Source: Torpedo marmorata
Taxonomy: Eukaryota
NCBI GenBank assembly: GCA_977017645.1
Contig: OZ360226.1
Coordinates: 60,450,001 to 60,514,000 of the forward strand
Direction of reading: 5' to 3'
DNA length: 64,000 nt
The notes beneath the pieces were generated by a model. It was not told where the DNA came from and ran no database searches. It saw nothing but the letters and a program-made list of their open reading frames with translations. Every line of letters starts with the position of its first letter. Position 1 is the first letter of the stretch. This document shows positions 23,401-35,332 of the stretch, piece after piece. Both the position numbers and the translations under genes were made by a program.

Positions 23401-24925
23401 GTGACCACCGGGGCTGCAACTATAGGGCATCGCCATCGGGCCAGGTGAGCAAACTCTCCTATGTGACGTCTCCACAGCCCACCCCCGACCCATTGTCCCA
23501 GCCGTGTGGCAGAGGCATGTTTTCAATTCCATTCACGGCTTATCCCACCCGTCCATCAGAACTACCGCTAAGCTGATTTCCAGTAAATTCGTCTGGCACG
23601 GTCTCCGCAAGAAAGTCACTGAATGGGCCAAGAACTGCGTGCAGTGCCTGACCTCAAAAGTCCAAAACCACACAAAGACCCAGCCACAAATATTTGAGCC
23701 AACGAACAGGCGATTTGACCACATACACGTAGACCTGGTAGGCCCCCTACCCGTCTCTAGAGGAGCGCGATACCTCCTCACCATGGTGGACCATTTCACT
23801 CACTGGCCCGAGGCAGACCCTCTCGCGGACATCACCACCGAAGCCTGTGCCAGAGCCCTTATCACCACGTGGGTCGCACGCTTTGGGGTGCCAGCCCACA
23901 TTACCTTGGACAGGGGGGCCCAATTTACATCAGCCCTGTGGACAGCCATGGCCAACTTGCTGGGCACACAGCTCCACAAAACGGCAGCTTACCACCCACA
24001 ATCCAATGGTTTAGTGGAACGCTTCCACCGCCACCTAAAAGCCGCTCTAATGGCCCGCCTAGACGGTCTGAATTGGGTGGACGAGTTGCCATGGGTCCTC
24101 CTGGGGATCCGCACAGCGCCTAAAGAAGACCTCAATACCTCGTCGGCAGAATTGGTCTACGGAACACCCCTGGTGGTACCAGGGGAATTCCTACCCACCC
24201 CAAGGGGGCAAGATGCCAGCACAGCAGAGATGCTCAACAGACTCTGCGAGCAACTCAGCAACCTCGCACCGATCCCCACGTCACAACATGGACAGCAGCC
24301 CGAGCTCATCCCCAACAACCTGCGGAGCTGTGAGTATGTGTTCGACAGAAGGGGACCACACAGGGCACCACTACAACGGCCTCACGAAGGTCCTTTCCGG
24401 GTAGTTAAAAATAACGGCTCCAACTTCATATTGGACATTGGGGGTAAAGAAGAATGTTTCACAACAGACTGTTTAAAACCAGCACACATGGACTTAACTC
24501 AACCTATTGAACCTCAGACACCCAAACGCAGGGGCCGGCCTCCCAAACAACTGAGAGACTCTAACACCGGTTCTGGGGGGAGGTTGTGTAGCGGTACCCA
24601 CTCTGGGCAAGCGAACTGGTGACCGCAATGGCGGCCGCGCAAGTACACGTGGCAACAGCAGGGACCGGCGCAAAGAAGGCACTGACCCCTCTACTCCTTC
24701 AACTAGGAGAAGAAGGACAGGAGACCCGGGAAAGTTCCCATTGTAATGTACAGCTCCCATTGTCATGTAGACGACAGCGATTAAGCAGCAATGGTCATGT
24801 AAACAACAGCAATTAAGCTCGAAGCCCTGCTTAAAAGCCAGGGCTGCGAGACCCGATTAAACAGTCTTGCTTGCAACCTACCGACTGTGTGTTGTTCTTC
24901 AGAATTCTGTGTAGCTCACGTTACA
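20480..24925 (+). mobile_element. CsRn1/Kabuki-clade Ty3/Gypsy provirus, complete but mutated
   Basis: LTRs 20480-20817 and 24587-24925. TSD TTTA. tRNA-Trp PBS TGGTGACCCCGAC at 20819-20831. PPT at ~24575-24583. Gag motif C-X2-H-X9-C-X3-C (CFYHRRWGPKAHWCRSPC) from 21458. Confidence 0.88.
20869..24622 (+). pseudogene. gag-pol (PR, RT, RNase H, integrase) with several stops and frameshifts
   Basis: FLVDTGAEIS, YLDD, TVDAS..DRELLA..TDH, HGLSH..CVQC, HVDLVGP, YHPQSNGLVERFH. Confidence 0.9.
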
Positions 24926-27147
24926 TTTATACCATTCTTCACACGGCCATTGAGCATGACAAGACTCCTTCAGCATTGTACTAAAGAGTCAGATAAGTTC
25001 TTGTACTCTGGTTATTGACACCGACTCTCCTTGGGAGTTTAGCAAGAACATTTCTTTGCACTTTATTTTTGCAATTTCTTCCCTCTAATTCTTTAAGATG
25101 AGGCATATGCAGCAATTGAAATTTGACAGCTTTTGGATGAATATAGAAATAATGTGTTATGCAAATGTGCATATATGCACATCTCCTTGGTGTGTTTAAT
25201 AATTAAGAGAAAGAAGGGAAAGGAGCGGGAAACCTATTAGCGCTGGTACCCCCTGTGGACCCCCTGCCTTTCAAATGCCAACTTTAATTCACACAATTTC
25301 CCTCCCACCGACAAAAATAAGTTTCATCCTTTTATCATGCATGCATTGGCATTAGACGGTTGTGTATTTAAGGAAATCAATAGCTTCAGTGAAGGGGCAT
25401 GGAGTATAAAACAGTGAAGTGACTTCTAGACATCACAAAAAGGGAGCCTTTTTATATTTATGTGCACAAAGCTCATCTCATGTGATAATCTGTGTTAGAC
25501 AGAATAACTAACAGCATTAGCATCTAAGAAAATGAATTTACAATGGAAGTATTACCCAAATGCATCTTCTGCACAAGATGCAGGGTTAGTGCAAGATTAT
25601 TTTGAAAATGGTTTCATGGGTCACAATTTGTTGTTAAACTATCCCCATTACTTAATGCAGGTAGCCTGGCAGTTTTGATAGCCTGACAAATTTATATGAT
25701 TGTTGGGTGCAGCCAACCATAATTGTTTTGTTGAGTGCTGGTTCCTCAAAAGGTGAGTTTACACACACCCGTTGTGCTGTAAGTTATCCAGACAGACACT
25801 GATAAATGCTGCAGTGGAAACTCAGATTTCCATTATGCAAGGTCTAATGGCTACCATGCAAGATCGGATTGTTACTATTAAAGCTGCAGAAACCAATGCT
25901 CAAAAGTATTGCTGTGGACTACCAACAGAATACTAAGAATTGTGAGCCTCTGCCCTAGAAGAGCGTCTGTGGCTCGAAAGAGTGTGAATTGCCCGCCACT
26001 CTTCGGGTTGCTGCAGTGATATCTTCACAGCCTGACATGTTTCAGGTCTCCAAATCCTTCTATTATGGACTATACAGTTTGAGACATTTTTTGCTCTGTC
26101 TCAGATATTTTAAATGATGGTTATCCATTCCACAAAGTACTGTCCCATCTTCATTGAACTTCTGTGAAATCGCTCAATATTCCTTAACCAATGATTGCAT
26201 CTGAGGTTTGTTGAAAAGATAAATCAACGATTATTTAAAATAAAGTGACACACATGGCCAGGATTCAGATATATCCCAGAAGTGTTAAATTGCCGTTTAC
26301 AGGGGCTAATCCAAGGAATTTATAGAACAATGTTCGTAACAAATCTATTCATATGACCTTGCTGGCCACTATCTCAGCAATGGAACATATCTGGCACAGT
26401 GAATGAACATATCTGTTTACATATTTCTCCCAAAAAAAGTAAAATGTTACTGTTTAAACCAAACATAATCACATTGGCCACTTTTAAGATGTATAGACTT
26501 TCCATCATGCTGACAGCTGTTGTTTCCTGCCAGATCTATAATCAATGATTGGCATTACACTCAAAATTTGTAGCTATTCTTTTACTTATTGTACCTTGCT
26601 TTGGTCCTCATGAACATTTGATCGAATCACTATGGCCTATGTCTCAGAACAATCCTCACTCTCCAGCTTTTGCACACAGTTCATCAACATAAATCAACTG
26701 ATGCTGAATCCTTCAGTATGATGAGTTTCTGGCAGATGAACAAACAACCATATCCTGGTACTTCAAGCCTACTCTATCATTTAGTAACATCATGGTTGAT
26801 TTAATTGTAACCTTAAGTCAACATTCCTATCCAATCACAGTAGCTTTACTTATTCAAGATCGAGTAAGCATCATCTGAAATGTCTTCAAAACACATGGTA
26901 GTTGCTAAAGTAACCCTTTCAAATGCAGTAAAGTAATTGTGATAAACCATGAACAAATATCAACATCAAATTCTACCCAGGCTCACATGCAATGTTATGA
27001 TGAAATGAAGATTCTTATTTTGGTGAACTTCAATACACCAAAAAATGTTATGTTTTGTAATGCACTGTCAAGTTCAAGTGTCACCTGCAGCTAATGGAGA
27101 CACTTTTGGACTCCAAACAATTATAACACAAGTTTCTCTATGCAAAT

Positions 27148-27923
27148 TGTTATGGACCATGACTGACCATTTGGACTGCGGACAGTCAGCAGGAAGGATG
27201 AAGTATTTTGGGGTATACACTGGGACCAGGTACTGAAAGAGTTAACTTGCCCAGGACTTGGTGTACCCAGAGAGATCAGTTGGGAGTTGCAAAAGCTAGA
27301 GAACACAGCCAAATCCAGGCTTGTGCTTCCCAGAGAAAAGGCTGGCAGAATAGCACATGGCCTCCTGTCTCAGAGAAATTCTGAGTTAAAAGCAACTTCT
27401 GTGGAGAACAGGCGTGAGATCAGCGAGACTTGCTGTGAGATCCAAGCACACACCTCAATCAGTGGTATATTGATCTGAACTCGCAATCCTTATGAAAACA
27501 CAAGAAGGGAATGTCATCAGAGAAGAAAAACAAGTATTTGTAAGCATAAACAGTCATTGTCTCTCTCCAACGTTCATTCAGAAGTACTTCTACCAGACAC
27601 AGAGCTGAATTTGAAACCTGAACTTAGAGAGTGAATTTTGTGGACTGTATTATTCTTTTTTTTGGACTGACTTGTTTTTTATGACTGACCTGGGGTTTTT
27701 GGGGAAAGTTTTTCCATTTTTACATAAGGGTTGGGCACAGATTGTAATGGTCTGGGCTTTACACACACACACACACCTTTTAGATAAGAATAGTGTTTAT
27801 AGACGTTTATAGTGGGGTTAATTGTTGTGAAATTATATGTTTAATTGTCTTTAATAAATATAAATTTCAATTTTACCCCTTTTGCATTGCGTCTTCTGTC
27901 GTTGCTGGTTTGATTTTGTAACA
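27148..27923 (+). mobile_element. Solo LTR, Gmr1-like family
   Basis: TGTTATGG...GTAACA; 4-bp TSD AAAT. Confidence 0.93.
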
Positions 27924-27943
27924 AAATGAATGTTGAGTATATA

Positions 27944-28195
27944 AAGGTAAAGATTAAAAGGTAAAGGTTCCATTATTGTCACGTAATACTACATTTAGAA
28001 TGTAACATACATGAAATTCTTCAATTTTTGAATACCGTAAGGCAGACAGAGAGTCGCTAGTTTGTCCAGCGCCCCTCACAGAAACCTACAGCACCGAGTG
28101 TTCCTTCGCAGTCTCCCCTCCAAGTATGACCCGTCCTGTGCCTGCTTAGCTTCCGAGATCAGACAATCCTAGTCGTATTCAGGCTATTGGTGTAA
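27944..28195 (-). mobile_element. 5S rRNA-derived SINE (SINE3)
   Basis: On the minus strand, ~28084-28195 reads GTCTGATCTCGGAAGCTAAGCAGG...TACTTGGAGGGGAGAC...GTGCTGTAGG (5S A/C boxes). It is followed by a non-5S body, GACAATAA and an (ACCTTT)n tail. Confidence 0.82.
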
Positions 28196-28392
28196 CTGAC
28201 ATTAGCTCTCTACACAACACGTTTAATACTATTTAAATGTTAGATCATGTCATTTGAATATTAGATTTCCTCAAGTACTTAATTTTGAAAATCGAAGTAA
28301 CGATGAAAAGATGCAAACGCCTCAGACTTGATACATGAATAATTATTCCTGAAGAACAACTCACAGTCACTTCTGAATTTGATCTTCTACAC

Positions 28393-28756
28393 CAGTGGTT
28401 TTCAAACTGCCCCCCTAAACTCACATTCCACCTTAAGCCATAAGTGCTCTGTGATTAGTAAGGGATTGTTTAAGGTGGTATGTGAGTGGGAAGGGAATGT
28501 TGAGAGCCACTGCTCTAGACCCAATTGCTACTGAAATATTTTGCTTGAGAAAAATTGTCATTGGCCCATTTCCTTTGGAGTTATGAAACCGTGCACATAA
28601 CGAGTCAATTAGGTATGATTAAAACAGTGGTTTTCAAACTTTTTATTTCCACTTACATACCACCTTAAGCAATCCCTTACTAATCACAGAGCACTTATGG
28701 CATAGGGATTGCTTTAGGTGGAATGTGAGTTTAGGGGGGCAGTTTGAAAACCACTG
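28393..28756. mobile_element. hAT (Charlie-type) MITE, palindromic
   Basis: Long TIRs CAGTGGTTTTCAAACTGCCCCCCTAAACTCACATTCCACC. 8-bp flanks TTCTACAC / GTCTACAG are close to the NTCTAGAN target. Confidence 0.85.
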
Positions 28757-29020
28757 GTCTACAGTTAACAGTTCCCAAGGTGTATCCCCAGCTTGAAGCA
28801 TATCATGATGATTGATTTCTTCCTACTCACATTTTAAATCACATGCTAATCTTCGGTAGTCATCTTTCACTCAATGCATCTGCCAAAAACGTTGTTCCCT
28901 ATTTTGTATCAATAATTTTGTTTTAATCTCAACAGCATTATCTTTGGTACAATATTTAGGGTTTGAGACACACTGGTTCCAAAGCATGATAATTTGTTTT
29001 AACCTTCTCTGTTATATATG

Positions 29021-29058
29021 TGACGTATGACGTAATGACGTCATACCTACTATATAAA
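29021..29058 (+). promoter_or_regulatory. LTR promoter: three TGACGT motifs (one full CRE) + TATA; repeated in the 3' LTR
   Basis: TGACGT at 29021 and 29028, TGACGTCA at 29036-29043, TATATAAA at 29051-29058. Confidence 0.65.
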
Positions 29059-29294
29059 GGGGAATGCTGAATACCATTTTAGATTAGTAATAAATGATGA
29101 ATGAAGACGGTCGTCTCGGTGTGTTATTATAAGATTACACCCGAAATACACAACAGATTGGCGACGAGGATAAAAACAAACCTCCCTAACAAAGAAAGGG
29201 AGTGGAAGAAAGAAGAAAGAAGAAACAGTGAGCTTCATAGACTCACTCACAGAGATAAGAGAACAAAGAAGAAAAACGAGGGAAAAGACTCAAA

Positions 29295-30608
29295 ATGGCA
29301 GACAGCCGTTTCGGAGAGTTCAAAGACTCAGAAGACTGGTATGACTACATTGAAAGATTCAATATGTACTGTATTGCCCACAATGTTGTTGATACACCAG
29401 TAACAAGCAGAAAAAAAGCTTTATTCTTAAGTGAAGTGGGAAGTAAAACTTTTAAACTTATGAAATCTCTTTTGGCACCTGAAAGACCTAGTACTAAAAC
29501 TTATGATGAACTATGCACTGTTATAGGGGAACACCTGTGTCCCAGACCTGTGATTATTGCAGAACGTTATAAATTTTACTCTAGAAAACAAAAAAAATGG
29601 TGAGCCAATAAGCGAATATTTGGCTGAATTACGCCGCTTATCAGAACGTTGTAACTTTGGTGAATTCTTAAATGATGCTTTAAGAGACCGGCTGGTCATG
29701 GGTCTAGCTGACCGTACCACCCAACAAAGATTGCTGAGTAAACCAGATTTAAATATTGCCACTGCTTATGCTACAGCATTAAGTTTCGAAATGGCTGGGA
29801 AAAATATTGATATTATGCAAGGAGAAGTATCAACAGTGGCTTATGTTAACAAATCTGGAAAAGAATGCTTTCGCTGTGGAAAGAGCAACCACAGCCCTGA
29901 CAGTTGTTACTTTAGAAAAGCCAAATGCCATTTTTGTGACAAAGAAGGACATATTAAATCTAGATGTCCCAGCCGAAAACTGCTGTACCAGAAAAGTAGC
30001 AACCAAAAGTCTAACAAACAATCATCCAAGGTGAAAAAAGTTAAAGAAAAAGAGGCACTAAAAACCCCTAGCAGCGAGTCAAATAATGACTCTGAGGAGG
30101 AAAAAGCAGAACAGAGAACACAGGTGGCAGAGGTAATGCATATCCACAGTGTGGGGGACAAGAAGTCAGAAATCTATATAGATGTCAAAATCAATGGTAA
30201 ACCCATTCGAATGGAACTGGACACCGGAGCCTCTGTAACCCTAATGCCGAAAAAATTGTTGTCGGAGTTTTGGCCCAACATGACCATAAAACCATCCGAC
30301 ACTCTGTTAAAGACAGTCACCGGGGAGAAAATCGCAGTCATTGGTAAATGCAAAGTTGAAGTCGAATATAAAGGTAAAATCATAAAAGACTTACCCCTAA
30401 TTATCATTGAAGCAAAAGGTAAAGCCCTATTCGGAAGGAACTGGCTATCACATATCCCCTTGGATTGGGTGGAAATTGGGTCTGTACTAAAGGTCCAGTC
30501 GGAGGATCAGTCAAGGTTGACTCAAGTACTGAATAAATATCAGACATTGTTTAAGAAAGGTCTGGGAAAAATCAAGGGAGTTGAGGCACAGTTAAGATTA
30601 AAACCGGA
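29295..30608 (+). pseudogene. gag (two CCHC knuckles) + protease, frameshifted at the poly-A run ~29590-29598
   Basis: ORFs 29295..29603 and 29557..30795: LRDRLVMG, CFRCGKSNHSPDSC, CHFCDKEGHIKSRC, MELDTGAS. Confidence 0.9.
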
Positions 30609-30686
30609 GGCGGACGTCGTTGACGGTGTGATCTTCTTAGGGGTGGATCCCCTACAGCTGTGGGGATCAATGGACTCTTTGCCTTC

Positions 30687-32800
30687 AATCGGAGTTACAA
30701 TCGTTTTTGGGGTTGGTCAACCATTATCGAAAACACATTCCAGACATGTCTACTTTGTGCAACCCATTGAACCAATTGCTAAGAAAAGATCATAAATGGT
30801 ACTGGAGTACAAAGGCGAATGATGCATTCAACAAGTTAAAAAGACTATTAACTACGAGTCATAATATACTCGTCCACTACGACCCGAACAGAGAGGTAAT
30901 TTTGGCAGTAGATGCCTCACCAGTGGGTCTAGGAGCAGTATTGTCACAAATGACGGAAAAGGGTGAACAACCCGTGGCGTATGCATCTCGATCCTTAACA
31001 CCGTGTGAACGCAATTATGCACAGTTAGAGAAAGAGGGACTGGCCATTATATTTGGAATCAAGAGATTCCATCAGTATTTATATGGAAGAAAATTTACAT
31101 TAGTAACGGACAACAAGCCACTCAGTTTTATCTTGGGACAAAAAAAGGGCATCCCAGTATTGGCAGCAACCAGAATTCAGAGATGGGCACTAATGCTGGC
31201 CGCTTACGATTATGAGTTGAAACATAAACCGGCAACACAAAATGGTCATGCAGATGCTTTGTCCCGCTTACCTCTACCGGAAACAGGTCAAACGGAGGAG
31301 ATCGTTCAATGGACGGTAGAGGCCACAGCAATTAATCAAGAGCAGCTTCGCCATCTGCCCATTACAGCCAAAATAATCAGTACAGAAGTAAGAAAGGAAC
31401 CCACACTGGCCAAGGTTTTGTATTTTACATTAAATGGATGGCCAGAAGGGGACACTATCTCTGCAGAACTTAAACCTTACTATACCCGAAGAAATGAAAT
31501 AACTATTGAAGAGGGTTGTTTATTGTGGGGGGCCAGGACTATTATTCCGAAGAAATGGCAAAAAGACATATTGGCAGAACTCCATGATAACCATCCAGGA
31601 ATAGTCCGGATGAAAGCGCTAGCAAGAATGCACGTTTGGTGGCCATCAATGGATATGGATATTGAACAAACCGTACGTAGGTGCAGCATTTGTCAAGACA
31701 TGCAACCAAAAGCTCCCCAGGCTGAAGCAAATCCATGGAAATGGCCGTCTAGACCATGGCATCGAATTCATGTTGATTTTGCAGGTCCATTTATGGGGGA
31801 GAATTTCTTGATTGTGGTCGACGCATACTCTAAATGGCCAATGGTATCACAAATGCGTACCACCACAACTATCCAAACAATTGAAAGATTAAGAGTTATG
31901 TTTGCGTTATTCGGATTGCCAGTGGAATTGGTATCAGACAATGGTCCTCAGTTTACTTCAGAGGTGTTTAAAATGTTCATGCGTAACAACGGTATACGCC
32001 ATGTGCTTTCAGCACCGTATCACCCAAGTACTAATGGGGAGGCGGAGCGTTTTGTGCGAACTTTTAAAAACGCCATGAAAGCAGGCAAGACGCTTAACTT
32101 GTCATGGAATCATAGAATAGCAAACTTTCTGGCAGGATACAGAAATACACCTCATTCAACAACTAAAAGAACACCAGCGGAATTAATGTTTGGTCGGAAT
32201 ATTCGCACGCGACTATCTGCGGTGCATCCCGATATCAGCGGTCGTATCGAGCATGACACCTCGCCAACTAAACCAACCCGATCTCTAGAAGTGGGTGAAA
32301 GAGTGTTGGTAAGAGATTACAGGAATAATAAAGAAACATGGACCAGAGGTGTTATCATCAAGAAGCTAAGTCCTTGCTCATATGCGATACAAGTAGACAC
32401 TAACATATGGAAGCGACATATCGACCAATTGAGAGCAGTAGAAGACCCACTAACATTTCCCACGGATGAGCGGAAAAATTTGCCATTTTGGGTCAATGAT
32501 GAGGAGACCGATCTAGAAAGTCAGACTGATCCTGAAGAACAGACTCCAGATTCCAGTTTCCAGTTGGAAGAAGATATGCCGCCAGAGAAGGCAAAGAGTC
32601 CAGAGAAAGCAAAGAGTCCAGAGAAGGCCAAGAGTCCAGAGAAGACAAAGAGTCCAGAGAAGACAAAGAGTCCAGAGAAGACAAAGAGTCCAGAGAAGGC
32701 AAAGAGTCCATTGATCCCCACAGCTGTAGGGGATCCACCCCTAAGAAGATCACACCGTCAACGACGTCCGCCGGAACATTTGAGAGACTATGTACCATGA
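30687..32800 (+). CDS. Open RNase H + integrase remainder of pol, ending in KSP repeats (not independently initiated)
   Basis: ORF 30707..32800: AVDAS, EKEGLA, TDNKPL, HDNHPG..CSIC, HVDFAGP, SDNGPQF, TNGEAERFV, (KSPEK[A/T])n. Confidence 0.8.
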
Positions 32801-33734
32801 ATGGTGTGGACGTCCGCCTAAAGATTACTATGTACCCTGAATAATGTTTAACTTTTATGAATAATAACTTTTTATTATCAGTATTATATCAGTAGTAGTA
32901 GTTGTACTTGCATGATTTTGGTAGTTGTAGTTTCCCCACTATATGTCGGGGAATATATAATCATAATATATATTATGGGGGGGAAGAGTGTTATATATGT
33001 GACGTATGACGTAATGACGTCATACCTACTATATAAAGGGGAATGCTGAATACCATTTTAGATTAGTAATAAATGATGAATGAAGACGGTCGTCTCGGTG
33101 TGTTATTATAAGATTACACCCGAAATACACAACATTCTCTTTGTTCTATCCACTGATGCAAACTTAACTTTGGCACAGCAAAAACAGTTGTCAAGATCTC
33201 TTTCTTGAATGGTGCCTTCTCTCTGCTTCTGTTAATATTATTGATGTAAAGGCAACTGGTTTTCCATTCTGCTCCATCAAAACTGAAATACATCTCTTTG
33301 ATACTTTATTTTAAAGATTATATCTAAAAATTGGTGTTAGTCACTGCTTGTACCATTTCTTAGGACTCTCCCCAGAACCATGGTCTCTTTCCTTTTTAAA
33401 ATTCTGGGCAATTTCACATCAACTGAATGAGAGAAAAAAACCTACACAGACTTTGAACAAATTCCAACAAATATTGGATCCTTGCCACATCTCTCAGTTT
33501 TGGCAGCTCCAAAGCCAATTTATCTTAAGCTTGACCTACACAGAGTCCTTAGTCTGATTCACAATGTCCATTGAAAGGAACTTATGTCGAAGTTTCACTT
33601 TGTCTTTCTTTAATACAATTCTGTACTCACCGCATCACTTCAGAATGCATCCAGATGTTTACGGTGGTCTTGAATGCCCCTTACAGTATTTTCATTCCAA
33701 AACCACAGGTCATCAAATTATCTGCAGATACTTC

Positions 33735-34530
33735 TGTTACGTCACAGACCAGCAGCAATGAAAATTCACCAAGGCAGTCTTTATATTTTTCTTTTAAAAC
33801 ACTATATTTATTAATAACTACTAACAATATAACACATTAGTCAAATCAAACCCAACTATGTGCAAATGTACTTGTGTGTGTGTGTGTGTGTGTGTGGGAT
33901 ACCCAAACCATTACAGCTTAGGCACAATTCTGGAAAGTCATTCCAAGTTCAGTCTTAGAAATCCATTGTCGAAACGCAGACTTTTAAACTGATGCCCAGA
34001 AGTAATCACGAAGGAGATGGGAGAGACTGAGTGACCGGACTGCCGAAAACTCACAAATCCTCGTCGAGTTTCTTCCAGAGAAATATCCTTTTGTATGGCG
34101 AACGGTTGTCACAACTCCTCTTTTCCTTGTGTAGGGGAAATGAAACGCGTGACTTCCACGATGCTTCCAAGACCCAGGTACGGGTCAATCAAAGTGACCT
34201 TTCCTTTGGTCACAGTGGGGTTCAATAATTCCCCTGACAGGGAGAATCAGCCGAATTGTCCATTATCACACAGAGTAATTTCTGTTCCGTGTTCGATGAG
34301 ATGGCCGCTGCTCATGAAATGCTGTTCCTTCAGTCTTCCACCCACATGACTCGCTCACCACCTGTGTCCCTGGAGAAGCAACACATTGTCCTTTCTCCTC
34401 TCCAAAGTAGCAAATTTTGTACAGCCTGTATGAGTTGTTGCCACCCAGTCTCTCCACAGCTGTGAATGGTTGCAGCCTTTACTAGCCATTAAAGTGATAC
34501 TCACACTAAATGAAACGGGAGCTCGTAATA
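33735..34530 (-). mobile_element. Solo LTR of a second, related LTR family
   Basis: TGTTAC...GTAATA ends and 4-bp TSD CTTC. The (TG)n + CCATTACAG segment resembles 19675-19715. Confidence 0.75.
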
Positions 34531-34937
34531 CTTCCATGCCTAAAATCCTTCTTCTACAGACTCATCCATTTCCCTTTGGCACATAGAATATCCCAAATTG
34601 CATGCAGTTCCAATGGAACCTCCAAAAAGAAGTGAAATTGTTAAATGTGATCTAAACCCATGCGCTAAAACTCATTACAAAAATTAGAAAAATGAAAGCC
34701 ACACCTTTCATTATTGGAAATTGATTGTGCTCTCATTTAAAAGCTTTATTCATATCACTAGGACCTAAGTATTTACATAATTATCTATCTTAGATACTGG
34801 CTATCATTGAACTGATTTAAGCAGTCGGTATAACTGGAGGCAGAATATCTTATTACTGCACCCAAGAGACATATCACCAGATGCAGTACTCTCCTTTAAG
34901 TTATCCAATTCCAAAAGCAAACATCTTAGGGTATATA

Positions 34938-35196
34938 CAGTGCCCTCCATAATGTTTGGGACAAAGATACTTTTTTCCTTTATTTGCCCCTGTGCCCTGA
35001 AATGGGGGAACTATGTATAAAAAGTGCTGTAATTTCTACATGGTCAAATCAAAATGTATACAAATAACCTTGAATAAAATCTGGAATGTGCACTCTAATC
35101 ACATGTTAATTGTTTGATTACAAATATAAAACTTTGGAGCACAGGGGCAAATAAAGGAATAAAGTGAATTTGTCCCAAACATTATGGAGGGCACTG
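34938..35196. mobile_element. Tc1/mariner MITE
   Basis: TIR CAGTGCCCTCCATAATGTTTGGGACAAA at both ends; TA TSD. Confidence 0.93.
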
Positions 35197-35332
35197 TATG
35201 CACTAAAGACTCCCTAATATTAAATTGTAGTCACAATTCCACTATCACTCTATCATATCACTATCATTCTACTAGATCCATGTTCCATTATGTCTTTCAG
35301 CACAGCAGGGGTCTGATGTCCTGTTCAACTTA

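Larger units (their letters stand above)
29010..33134 (+). mobile_element. Young Mag-like Ty3/Gypsy provirus lacking RT
   Basis: 146-bp LTRs 29010-29155 and 32989-33134 appear identical. 5-bp TSD TTCTC. tRNA-Ser-type PBS TGGCGACGAGGAT at 29159-29171. PPT GGGGGGGAAGAG at 32977-32988. Confidence 0.95.

Noticed and set aside
28084-28195. Functional 5S rRNA gene
   Set aside because: It is diverged with a damaged 5' end, is not in an array, and is fused to a SINE body and tail.
32580-32710. Neurofilament heavy chain exon
   Set aside because: The repeat is in frame with integrase inside an LTR-bounded element, and there is no intermediate-filament rod sequence.
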